This document shows, in pieces, positions 16,274 to 25,051 of a stretch of 64,000 bases of DNA. Below the pieces are notes generated by a model. The model saw only the letters and a list, made by a program, of their open reading frames with translations, was not told where the DNA came from and searched no databases. The position numbers and the translations under genes were made by a program. How positions within the stretch are numbered: the stretch's first letter is position 1; the number at the start of each line of letters is the position of its first letter. Source of the stretch: Bacillota bacterium (GTDB lineage: Bacteria > Bacillota > Clostridia > Peptostreptococcales > Anaerovoracaceae); NCBI GenBank assembly GCA_017412505.1, contig JAFPXN010000044.1, positions 3,619 through 67,618 on the forward strand, written 5' to 3'.

Positions 16274-17845
16274 ATGAGACGAAAAATCATAATCGTGCTG
16301 GCGATCCTTGCGTTATGCACAGCGGCAATCTATGCGGCAGTGTCGGGAGCTGCAGCAAAACCGGTTCTGTCTTTCGACGGCCGGACCGCACAGTGCCGCT
16401 TTAGCCTGTCGGCGCCCGGCGATTCGCTGAAAGCGGTCCTGGAGCTGCGCCATGGGGAGATCCTGATCGGCTCCTGGGAAGCGGACGGAGAAGGATATCT
16501 GCTGATGGAGGGTACCTGCCGCGTGACCCCGGGAGAGACCTACGAACTTTCCGCCGGCGGCAATATCGGCGGGAAAACCTTCAAAACCGTTGCCGTCACG
16601 GCCGTCTGCCCGGCGGGGGACGGTAATGCGCCGGTCTTCCTGGATCCGCAGCAGCGGGATTGGGAGAGGATCTCGGCCGCCTCGAAAGCGCTGCTGCAGC
16701 TGAAAGAAGAGGAGTATTGCGCGAATCTGGAACTCATCGGTCTGCAGCTGCCGGAAGCCTACGAAGAAGATCCCCAGCAGGCAGCGAAGGCGATCTCCCA
16801 TGTGCTGGAGAACGCGGCAAAGGGACGCTGGGGCGCCTACGACTATACGGAACTGGCGGAGCTGCAGGAGCGCATCCTGGACGTGCTGGAGAACCAGACC
16901 AGCGTTGCGGGTGAAGGGTTTTATGAGGATAAGGGCGGCGCGCCTGAGACTTCTGCGGATATTCCCGTCTTCATCTGGCCCCTGCGGTCCTATACGATCT
17001 CCGCGGAATTCGGGCCGTTCTGGTATTCCACAGAAGAAATGCCCGCATTGCATACCGGTTTGGACCTAAAGTCGGATAAAGGAGAAGAGATTCATGCTGC
17101 GCAGGCCGGAACTGTCGTGTTTGCCGGTTGGGATGGATCTTACGGTTATCGGGTCGCTGTTTCCCACGGAGCAGGACTGGAGACCTGGTACGCCCACTGC
17201 AGTGAACTGCTTGTTGAGGAAGGCGATGCGGTAGAGCAGGGGCAGACGATTGCGCTGGTAGGGGTCACCGGGTATTCTACCGGCCCCCATCTGCATTTTG
17301 AGATCCGTATCGACGGAGAACCGGTGGATCCGTTGCTCTATCTGACGGACGGCAGGACGGGCGGCCATGGAGAAGGCAAGGCATCGTTCGAAGTCTTCCC
17401 CGGTCTGGAAAACATGGCTTTTGCGCGGACCGAACAGGGTCTGCTGGCAAAGGGCCTGGACGCCGGAACTGTGGAATGGAAGCCTCAGGAGGATGTGATC
17501 GGCGGCGGTTCGCTCATCTTCGCCGATCCCCGGTTTGCCCATCCGTATTTTGAAGGGGTCACAGGCGAAGGCTCCGCGCAGTGGCTGCCCGGGCCCTACA
17601 GTTTCTCGAAGTATACGATCCTCTCCTTCGACTTTACGGAGAACCGCGGTTCGGACGGCACCATTACCGGGCCGAACATCAGCTGCGTTGCGGATCTCGC
17701 CTCTCACAAGCTCATGAGCTGTTCGCAGGTGCCCCGGGAAGGGGAAGAGATCTCCCTGACGGATGAAGATCTGCTCCGGATCGCGGAATACCTGAGCTAC
17801 GTGATGCTCGGTGCCCAGAACGCCTGGGCGGAATCTGTCAACTGA
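16274..17845 (+). CDS. M23 family metallopeptidase with an N-terminal membrane anchor and long flanking domains
   Basis: HTGLDL..., SYGYRVAVSHG and GPHLHFEIRIDGEPVDP, the signature of LytM/M23 peptidases. Confidence 0.85.
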   Translation: MRRKIIIVLAILALCTAAIYAAVSGAAAKPVLSFDGRTAQCRFSLSAPGDSLKAVLELRHGEILIGSWEADGEGYLLMEGTCRVTPGETYELSAGGNIGGKTFKTVAVTAVCPAGDGNAPVFLDPQQRDWERISAASKALLQLKEEEYCANLELIGLQLPEAYEEDPQQAAKAISHVLENAAKGRWGAYDYTELAELQERILDVLENQTSVAGEGFYEDKGGAPETSADIPVFIWPLRSYTISAEFGPFWYSTEEMPALHTGLDLKSDKGEEIHAAQAGTVVFAGWDGSYGYRVAVSHGAGLETWYAHCSELLVEEGDAVEQGQTIALVGVTGYSTGPHLHFEIRIDGEPVDPLLYLTDGRTGGHGEGKASFEVFPGLENMAFARTEQGLLAKGLDAGTVEWKPQEDVIGGGSLIFADPRFAHPYFEGVTGEGSAQWLPGPYSFSKYTILSFDFTENRGSDGTITGPNISCVADLASHKLMSCSQVPREGEEISLTDEDLLRIAEYLSYVMLGAQNAWAESVN

Positions 17846-17881
17846 ATCCGTTCCCGTTAGGGGACGACCTCGCTCCCAAGT

Positions 17882-17924
17882 GCGGCATAGCAGCGCCTGT
17901 TCGTTGCTTTATGCCGCATTTTTT
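17882..17924 (+). terminator. Intrinsic terminator after the M23 peptidase gene
   Basis: GCGGCAUA / UAUGCCGC stem followed by AUUUUUU. Confidence 0.7.
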
Positions 17925-17962
17925 AGTACAATTTATTCGATCAAAAGGGGAGAGAGGACATT

Positions 17963-19243
17963 ATGATAGAAATCAGAAACGTGCAGCTGCCGGACATGCT
18001 GGCGTGCCGCGAAGCGCGGGCGAACCGGCAGAGGCAGCTGATAGAAGAATATAAAAAGCCTGTCGTCTCTCTCAGCATGAACATCGCGGGCGACGTCAAG
18101 AATACGCCGGCGATCTCCATGCTGCAGAAGGACGGGGAAGGGGAATTCAAGTCGGCCGCGGAAAAGGCCGGTTTTGCGCTGCTCTTCGAGGAGCGGTCCG
18201 ATGCGTTTACCGGACCGGAGAGCCTGCTGGTGTTCGATACGGAAGACGCGCAGACACTCAAAAACACCGGCGTCGCCCTCGAGGAGGAGACCCCCTGGGG
18301 ACGCCTGTTCGACATCGACATCATCGGCACAGACGGGGAAAAACTGTCCCGTCCGCAGCCGAGGCGTTGTATCGTGTGCGGCGGTCCCGCGGCGGACTGC
18401 GCCCGGAGCAGGGCACACGGGCTGGACCAGATCAGAAAAGCGGCGGACGAGCTGCTCGGCCAGTATCTGGGAGACAGCCTGGGAACGGCCGCCGCGTCCG
18501 CCCTGGTGCGCGAGGCGGCGCTCACGCCGAAGCCGGGTCTTGTGGACGCGTCGAACAACGGCGCCCACAAGGATATGGATCTGGATCTACTCCTGACTTC
18601 TGCGTCTGCGATAAGGCCGTTTTTCGCCCAAATGGCGGGTTTTTCTGCAGCTTACGGGACAGATATCGAAACGCTCATAAAAATCGGCAAAAACGCCGAA
18701 AAAGCCATGTTTGCCGCGACGAAGGGGGTCAACGCCCACAAAGGCGCGATCTTTGCGTTTTCTCTGTATCTGGCGGCTGCCGCCGACTGCCTGATGCGCG
18801 GCGGCGACCTTGTGGAAAAGGTGAAGGAACTGGCCGCAGAAAAAGTCGCGAAGTCCCGTCCCTCCGCGCCGACTCACGGAGACGCGGTGCGCGCGGTCTA
18901 CGCCGGTTTCGGCAAGGAAGGCGCGTTGGCGGAGGCCTGCAAGGGCTTTCCCATGGCCGTTCTTGCAGCTAAGACGATACGCGAGACCGGCGACGAGCTG
19001 CTGGCGCTGTGCCGGGTCATGAGCCAGCTGGCGGACAGCAACGTGCTGTACCGGGGCGGCGTCAAGGGGCTGAACTGGGTGAAGTCCGAAGCGTCCCGGC
19101 TGTGCGCCATGGACGCGGTCGAACGCAGGGCAGGGCTTCGCGTGATGGACGCGGCCTGCATCTCCCGCAACATTTCCCCGGGAGGCGCTGCGGATATGCT
19201 TTCTTTAGGAATGTTTCTGTCAGAACTGCCGTTTTCATTCTGA
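17963..19243 (+). CDS. citXG: CitX-CitG fusion: holo-citrate lyase synthase + triphosphoribosyl-dephospho-CoA synthase
   Basis: The N-terminal half resembles CitX (LACREARANRQRQLIEEY.., WGRLFDIDI). The C-terminal half resembles CitG (LTPKPGLVDASNNGAHKDMDLDLL, NVLYRGG, ISPGGAADML). Confidence 0.8.
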   Translation: MIEIRNVQLPDMLACREARANRQRQLIEEYKKPVVSLSMNIAGDVKNTPAISMLQKDGEGEFKSAAEKAGFALLFEERSDAFTGPESLLVFDTEDAQTLKNTGVALEEETPWGRLFDIDIIGTDGEKLSRPQPRRCIVCGGPAADCARSRAHGLDQIRKAADELLGQYLGDSLGTAAASALVREAALTPKPGLVDASNNGAHKDMDLDLLLTSASAIRPFFAQMAGFSAAYGTDIETLIKIGKNAEKAMFAATKGVNAHKGAIFAFSLYLAAAADCLMRGGDLVEKVKELAAEKVAKSRPSAPTHGDAVRAVYAGFGKEGALAEACKGFPMAVLAAKTIRETGDELLALCRVMSQLADSNVLYRGGVKGLNWVKSEASRLCAMDAVERRAGLRVMDAACISRNISPGGAADMLSLGMFLSELPFSF

Positions 19244-19277
19244 AGTTAGTTACCGCTGTTATATTTTTATTGAGATA

Positions 19278-19307
19278 TTGACAAGTTAGCATATGCTAAT
19301 TTATAAT
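19278..19307 (+). promoter_or_regulatory. feoAB promoter with an embedded perfect 14-bp palindrome (candidate metalloregulator operator)
   Basis: -35 TTGACA at 19278-19283 and -10 TATAAT at 19302-19307. The palindrome TTAGCATATGCTAA at 19286-19299 fills the spacer. Confidence 0.55.
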
Positions 19308-19348
19308 ACCTTTCGGTGGGGCGGATTGCTCCATGGAAAGGTATTTTT

Positions 19349-21703
19349 ATGTCAGAGATCCTGAAATTAAGCGATATCAAACCGGGCGAATACGCGAAGG
19401 TCCTGAAAACGGGCGGGGAAGGCGCGCTGCGCCAGCACCTGCTGGACATGGGGCTGACGCCGGGCGCCGCGCTGCAGGTCATCAAATACGCGCCGATGGG
19501 CGATCCCCTGGAACTTCGCATCCATGGCTACGAACTGACGCTGCGGCTTTCGGAAGCCGCCTGCATCGACGTGGAGCGCAGCGACGCGGAGACGGCCAGC
19601 ACCCGCAGCGGCATCTATACGGACATCGAACACCCGGGCCTGGGCGAATACGGTAAGACCCACGATAAATCTACAGAAGACCCATTACCGAAAACCAGCC
19701 GCATCACCTTTGCGCTGGCCGGCAATCAGAATAGCGGAAAGACCACGCTTTTCAACGCTTTGACGGGTTCGAACCAGCATGTGGGGAACTTCCCCGGGGT
19801 CACGGTGGACCGCAAGGACGGCGTCATCCAGGGGCATCCCGAGACCCGCATCACGGACCTGCCGGGCATCTATTCGCTGTCCCCGTACACCCGCGAAGAG
19901 GTGGTCTCCCGGTCGTTCATCCTCGACGAAAAGCCTTCGGGCATCATCAATATCCTGGACGCGACCAGCATCGAGCGCGGCCTGTACCTGACGATGCAGC
20001 TCATGGAACTGAACGTGCCAATGGTGCTGGCGCTGAACATGATGGACGAACTGCGCGGCAACGGCGGCTCCGTCAACATCAACCGCATGGAAGCGCTGCT
20101 GGGCATCCCCGTCGTACCCATCTCCGCGTCGAGAGGGGACGGCCTGCAGGAACTGGTGGATCACGCGCTGCACGTGGCGAAATACCAGGAAAGACCGCTC
20201 AGAAGAGATTTCTGCAGCGAAGATGAGAACGGCGGCGCCGTACACAGGGCGATCCACGGCATCATCCACCTGATCGAGGATCACGCGAAAGCTGCCGGCA
20301 TTCCGGCCCGTTTCGCGGCCACCAAGCTGATCGAAGGCGACGAAATGCTGGCGGATCAGCTCGACCTGACGAAAAACGAGCGCGAGACCGTGGAGCACAT
20401 CATCCTGCAGATGGAGGAGGAAAGAGGGCTGGACCGTTCCGCCGCCATCGCGGACATGCGGTTCTCCTTTATCCAGAACCTGGTGGCGGAGAGCGTCATC
20501 CATCCGCGGGAAAGCAAGGAGAGGGAGCGCAGCCGCCGCATCGATAAGATCCTGACTGGCAAATACACGGCGATCCCTTCGTTCATCCTGATCATGGCGG
20601 CGGTCTTCTGGCTGACGTTCAACGTGATCGGCGCCTGGCTGCAGGATCTGCTGGACGGCGGCATCACGGCGCTGGGCGACTGGGTGGCGGCAGCTATGGA
20701 ACATTCCGGCGCGTCGCCCATGCTGCAGAGCCTGGTGACGGAAGGGATCTTCGCCGGCGTGGGCAGCGTGCTCAGCTTTATCCCGATCATCGTCATCCTG
20801 TTCTTCTTCCTGTCGCTGCTGGAAGACTCGGGCTATATGGCGCGCATCGCATTCGTCACGGATAAACTGCTGCGCAAGATCGGCTTGTCTGGCCGTTCCA
20901 TCGTGCCCATGCTGATCGGTTTCGGCTGTTCCGTGCCCGCGATCATGGCGGCCCGGACCATGCCTTCGGAGCGCGACCGCAAACTGACGATCCTGCTGAC
21001 GCCCTTCATGAGCTGCACGGCGAAACTGCCGATCTACGGCTTCCTGACGGCGGCCTTCATCCCGGCTTACGCGGGTCTGGTGATGGTCAGCCTGTACCTG
21101 CTGGGCATCCTGGTGGCGATCCTGTTCGCGGCCCTGCTGAAGCGCTCCGCGTTCAAGGGCGAAGCGGTGCCTTTCGTCATGGAACTGCCGAATTACCGGC
21201 TTCCCGGTGCGAAGAACGTGGGACGGCTGCTGTGGGACAAGGCGAAGGACTTCCTGCAGAGAGCGTTTACGGTCATTTTCGTCGCAAGTCTCGTCATCTG
21301 GTTCCTGCAGCACTTCGACACGGGGCTGAACATGGTCGACGACCCGGAGACGAGCATCCTGGCTGTTGTCGCGGGAACGATCGCGCCGGTCTTCAAGCCT
21401 CTGGGCTTCGGCACCTGGAAGTTCTCCACAGCGCTGATCACAGGCTTCATGGCCAAGGAGAGCGTCGTCGCGACGCTGACGGTGCTGTTCGGAGAGGGCA
21501 CAGTCATCGCATCTGCGCTCACGCTGCCCGCTGCGTTCGCGCTGCTGGTGTTCTGCCTGCTGTACACGCCCTGCGTGGCGGCTATCGCCGCGGTCAAGCG
21601 GGAACTCGGCGCCAAATGGGCGGCAGGACTGGTGCTGGAACAGTGCGCCATTGCCTGGATCGTGGCGTTGGTTGTGAAGGTCCTTTTCGAAATACTGCTT
21701 TGA
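19349..21703 (+). CDS. feoB: Ferrous iron transporter, FeoA-FeoB fusion
   Basis: FeoA SH3-like N-terminus (LSDIKPGEYAKV..LLDMGLTPGA..GDPLELRIHGYELTLR). It is followed by the FeoB G-domain (ALAGNQNSGKTTLFNALTG, DLPGIYSL) and a polytopic permease. Confidence 0.9.
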   Translation: MSEILKLSDIKPGEYAKVLKTGGEGALRQHLLDMGLTPGAALQVIKYAPMGDPLELRIHGYELTLRLSEAACIDVERSDAETASTRSGIYTDIEHPGLGEYGKTHDKSTEDPLPKTSRITFALAGNQNSGKTTLFNALTGSNQHVGNFPGVTVDRKDGVIQGHPETRITDLPGIYSLSPYTREEVVSRSFILDEKPSGIINILDATSIERGLYLTMQLMELNVPMVLALNMMDELRGNGGSVNINRMEALLGIPVVPISASRGDGLQELVDHALHVAKYQERPLRRDFCSEDENGGAVHRAIHGIIHLIEDHAKAAGIPARFAATKLIEGDEMLADQLDLTKNERETVEHIILQMEEERGLDRSAAIADMRFSFIQNLVAESVIHPRESKERERSRRIDKILTGKYTAIPSFILIMAAVFWLTFNVIGAWLQDLLDGGITALGDWVAAAMEHSGASPMLQSLVTEGIFAGVGSVLSFIPIIVILFFFLSLLEDSGYMARIAFVTDKLLRKIGLSGRSIVPMLIGFGCSVPAIMAARTMPSERDRKLTILLTPFMSCTAKLPIYGFLTAAFIPAYAGLVMVSLYLLGILVAILFAALLKRSAFKGEAVPFVMELPNYRLPGAKNVGRLLWDKAKDFLQRAFTVIFVASLVIWFLQHFDTGLNMVDDPETSILAVVAGTIAPVFKPLGFGTWKFSTALITGFMAKESVVATLTVLFGEGTVIASALTLPAAFALLVFCLLYTPCVAAIAAVKRELGAKWAAGLVLEQCAIAWIVALVVKVLFEILL

Positions 21704-21729
21704 TGAAAACCATCAAGAAAAAATGTAAG

Positions 21730-21770
21730 ACGGCGGACAAATTCTTCGGAATGGGCCCGCCGTTTTGTTA
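21730..21770 (+). terminator. Intrinsic terminator after feoAB
   Basis: ACGGCGG / CCGCCGU stem followed by UUUGUU. Confidence 0.55.
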
Positions 21771-21842
21771 TATAATATTCATATGAGTTTTGTTATCATT
21801 TGATGCTTGCATCTGAAAGTAAAACCTGCAAGGAGGCAATCT

Positions 21843-22694
21843 ATGAAGATCTATCCTGAATACGTCGCAAAAGACCGGGTGATGCAGCCGGGCCAGGAAG
21901 GCTCCGCTGTCGACGCGCTGGACTTCGTCTGGAAGGGCAGCCGCATCCTGGGTCAGATCTATGTGCCGGTCCACACCCCCGGCGAAAAGCATCCGCTGGC
22001 GATCACGCTGCACGGCTTCCCGGGATACACGAACAACCAGGATCTGGACCACGCGCTGCGCCGCACCGGTTTCGTCACGGTCCATCCGTTCGCGCCCGGC
22101 GCCTGGGGCAGCGAGGGCTACTATACGTTCGACGGCCTCGTGGAGTGCGCGATGGCGCTGCTGGACTACTGCAAGAGCGATGAATTCGCCGAAAAGTACA
22201 GCATCTGCCGCGACAATATCTTCTTCGTCGGCCATTCCATGGGCGGCATGACCTCCGTCAACGTCCTGAAGAGAAGGGACGACGTCAAGGCGGGCGTGTT
22301 CCTCGCCCCGTTCGACGTGGCGCAGTTCTTCTTCGAGGGTCACGATCCGGTCGCGGAGCTGGGACCCCTGTTCGAGGAAGGCTCCATCCTGCGCACGCCC
22401 GAACCCTTCATGGAATTTTTCCTGAAGAACGGCGAGGAGACCAAGAACGATCTGCTGTTCATGAACGCGGTGGACGCGCTGAAGGACCGCAACTTCCTGT
22501 TCGTCGGCGGCGCGCTCGACCCGCTCGCTCCTCCCGCCACCATGTGCGAGCCCCAGTACAAGAAGGCGAAGGAACTGGGCGACGGCAGCAAGAAGCAGGA
22601 GTATCTGCTGATCAATTCCGATCACGGCTTCAACGATCAGCGCATCTATCTGGCACAGAAGGTCGCAGAATATCTGGCGGACCTTGTGGAATAA
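21843..22694 (+). CDS. Alpha/beta hydrolase (dienelactone-hydrolase/esterase-like)
   Basis: Nucleophile elbow GHSMGG. RBS AAGGAGG lies 7 nt before ATG 21843. Confidence 0.7.
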   Translation: MKIYPEYVAKDRVMQPGQEGSAVDALDFVWKGSRILGQIYVPVHTPGEKHPLAITLHGFPGYTNNQDLDHALRRTGFVTVHPFAPGAWGSEGYYTFDGLVECAMALLDYCKSDEFAEKYSICRDNIFFVGHSMGGMTSVNVLKRRDDVKAGVFLAPFDVAQFFFEGHDPVAELGPLFEEGSILRTPEPFMEFFLKNGEETKNDLLFMNAVDALKDRNFLFVGGALDPLAPPATMCEPQYKKAKELGDGSKKQEYLLINSDHGFNDQRIYLAQKVAEYLADLVE

Positions 22695-22725
22695 TGCACT
22701 TATAGTTATTTAAAGGAGGACAAAA

Positions 22726-24987
22726 ATGCGTAACAGCAAATTCATTGCGCTTCTGCTGGCGTTCGCGTTGATCCTGGGTTCCTTCGGCTTTGCATTCGCA
22801 GACGATGATGCAGCAGCCCCTGCAGACGCACCCGAGACCACCGCAGCACCGGCGGATGACCCTGTCGATCCGGCCCCGGAAGACGGAGAGCCTGCCGAAT
22901 CAGGGGACATTGTGATCCTGCACACGAACGACATACACTGCGGCTACGAGGCTTTCGACAAGCTCGCTGCACTGGCAAAGACCGCGGACTTTGTCGTGGA
23001 TGCCGGCGACGCCATCCAGGGCGGCCCGATCGGCACGCTGTCCAAGGGCGAGTACATCACCGAGATCATGAACTACATCGGTTATGACGTAGCCGGCCTT
23101 GGCAACCACGAATTCGACTACGGCATGGATCAGGTCAAGAAGATCATCTCTGACGTGGCGGAGTTCCCGTACGTCTGCTGCAACCTGACCGATCTGAAGA
23201 CCGGAAAGCCCATGCTCGACGCGTACAAGATCTTCGAAGCCAAGGGCAAGAAGATCGCGTTTGTCGGCGTAGATACGCCAGAGACGTTCCACAAGTCCAC
23301 TCCGACTTATTTCCAGGATGCGGACGGCAATTACCTCTACAGCTTCTGCGAAGGCAACGACGGCCAGGATCTGTATGACGCCGTTCAGAAGGCAGTCGAC
23401 GACGCCAGAGCCGAAGGCGCGGATTTCGTCATCGTGCTTGGTCACCTGGGAATCGATGAAGAATCTGCTCCCTGGCGTTCCACCGACGTCGTCGCCAACA
23501 CCACAGGCATCGACGTCCTGATCGACGGCCATTCCCACAGCGTTCGCAGCATGAACGTTAAGAACAAGGATGGCAAGGATGTCCTGATTGAGCAGACCGG
23601 CACCAAGTTTGAAAATATCGGCAAGATCACCATCGCTGCCGACGGCACCATCACCGGTGAGAATGTCCCGACCGAAGGTCTCGAAGCCGACGCGGAGGCA
23701 ACCGCTTTCGTTGCCGGTGTCGCGGAAAGATTCCAGTCTCTGATCAGCAAAGTCGTCGCGAAGACCGAAGTCGATCTGACGACTAAGAACGAAGACGGCT
23801 CCAGAGCGGTCCGTTCCAAGGAGACCAACCTGGGCGATCTGTGCGCTGACGCGTACCTGAACGTGATGGATGCGGATATCGCTTTCGTTAACGGCGGCGG
23901 CGTCCGTGCGGACATCCCGGCCGGCGACATCACCTACGAACAGATCCTGAACGTCCATCCGTTCGGCAACATGGCCTGCCTGGTCGAAGTGACCGGACAG
24001 CAGATCCTGGATGCCCTCGAGATGGGTTATTCCCAGACTCCGGGCGAGACTGGCGGCTTCCTGCAGATCGCGGGCATCACCTGCACGGTCAACACCGCGA
24101 TCCCTTCCTCTGTCGTCAAGAATGACAAGGGCGAATTCGTCAAGGTCGATGGTCAGAGAAGAGTCTCTGACGTCTTAGTCGGCGGCGAACCCATCGATCC
24201 CGCGAAGATCTATAAGCTGGCGTCCCACAACTACATGCTGAAGAACGGCGGCGACGGCTATACCATGTTCGGCAAGGACAATGTCAAGCTTCTGCGCGAC
24301 GAGGTCCTGATCGACAACCAGGTCCTGATCAATTACATCGTCGACAACCTGAACGGCGTAGTCGGCGAAGAATACGCACAGGCACAGGGCCGCATCAACA
24401 TCATCAATGATAAGTCCGCAGTGGACGTTGCCTCTTACTTCTCCGACGTGAATGAAGGCGACTGGTTCGTGGATCACGTAAAGGCCGCGTTCACAAGCGA
24501 CATCATCGCGGGCTTCCACGACGGCACCTACAGACCGCAGGGCAACCTGACCCATGCCCAGATCATGGTCATGGCAGCCAACCTGCACAGTAAAGAGAAG
24601 GGCGACGATTACGACTTCCAGGCCAACCGCAAGGAAGGCGACGCCTGGTATCAGGTATTCGAAGACTACTGCGTTGCCGAAGGCATCGTTCCCGCCGAAA
24701 CGTTCGGCGCAGGCGGCCCCTTCGAAGGCAAGGAGAATGAGAACGTGACCAGAGCGCAGATGGCGTTCTACTTCGCCAATACGCTGAAGGCCGAATCCTA
24801 TGCGGAAAAGAAGGAAGTTGCTCTGAGCGACATCGAGGGCCACATTTTCGCTTCTGAGATCGAAAAGCTGGCCAAGGCCGACATCGTCGGCGGCTACACC
24901 GACGGCACCTACCGTCCGGAGAACCTCGTGACCCGCGCAGAGGCTGCTGTCTTCGTACACAACATTCTCAACGCGATCGCTGAATAG
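22726..24987 (+). CDS. Secreted bifunctional metallophosphoesterase / 5'-nucleotidase with C-terminal SLH cell-wall anchoring repeats
   Basis: Signal peptide. ILHTNDIHC, DAGDAIQG, GNHEFDYG and GHLG..DGHSH (calcineurin-like). A 5'-nucleotidase C domain (FVNGGGVRADI, HPFGN). SLH-like repeats (FSDVNEGDWF..., IVGGYTDGTYRPENLVTRAEAAVF). Confidence 0.85.
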   Translation: MRNSKFIALLLAFALILGSFGFAFADDDAAAPADAPETTAAPADDPVDPAPEDGEPAESGDIVILHTNDIHCGYEAFDKLAALAKTADFVVDAGDAIQGGPIGTLSKGEYITEIMNYIGYDVAGLGNHEFDYGMDQVKKIISDVAEFPYVCCNLTDLKTGKPMLDAYKIFEAKGKKIAFVGVDTPETFHKSTPTYFQDADGNYLYSFCEGNDGQDLYDAVQKAVDDARAEGADFVIVLGHLGIDEESAPWRSTDVVANTTGIDVLIDGHSHSVRSMNVKNKDGKDVLIEQTGTKFENIGKITIAADGTITGENVPTEGLEADAEATAFVAGVAERFQSLISKVVAKTEVDLTTKNEDGSRAVRSKETNLGDLCADAYLNVMDADIAFVNGGGVRADIPAGDITYEQILNVHPFGNMACLVEVTGQQILDALEMGYSQTPGETGGFLQIAGITCTVNTAIPSSVVKNDKGEFVKVDGQRRVSDVLVGGEPIDPAKIYKLASHNYMLKNGGDGYTMFGKDNVKLLRDEVLIDNQVLINYIVDNLNGVVGEEYAQAQGRINIINDKSAVDVASYFSDVNEGDWFVDHVKAAFTSDIIAGFHDGTYRPQGNLTHAQIMVMAANLHSKEKGDDYDFQANRKEGDAWYQVFEDYCVAEGIVPAETFGAGGPFEGKENENVTRAQMAFYFANTLKAESYAEKKEVALSDIEGHIFASEIEKLAKADIVGGYTDGTYRPENLVTRAEAAVFVHNILNAIAE

Positions 24988-25006
24988 CGGCTGAGCAGAA
25001 CAACAG

Positions 25007-25036
25007 AAAAGGACCGGCTTCGCGCCGGTCCTTTTT
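25007..25036. terminator. Bidirectional terminator between the nucleotidase (+) and antiporter (-) genes
   Basis: AAAAGGACCGGC-UUCGC-GCCGGUCCUUUU. Confidence 0.75.
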
Positions 25037-25051
25037 CGTGTCATGATTGCG

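Noticed and set aside
21704-21786. A small ORF after feoB (MKTIKKKCKTADKFFGMGPPFCYIIFI), considered as a possible FeoB-associated Cys-rich peptide
   Set aside because: It is only 27 codons, has no TM helix and no RBS, and coincides with the feoAB terminator hairpin.
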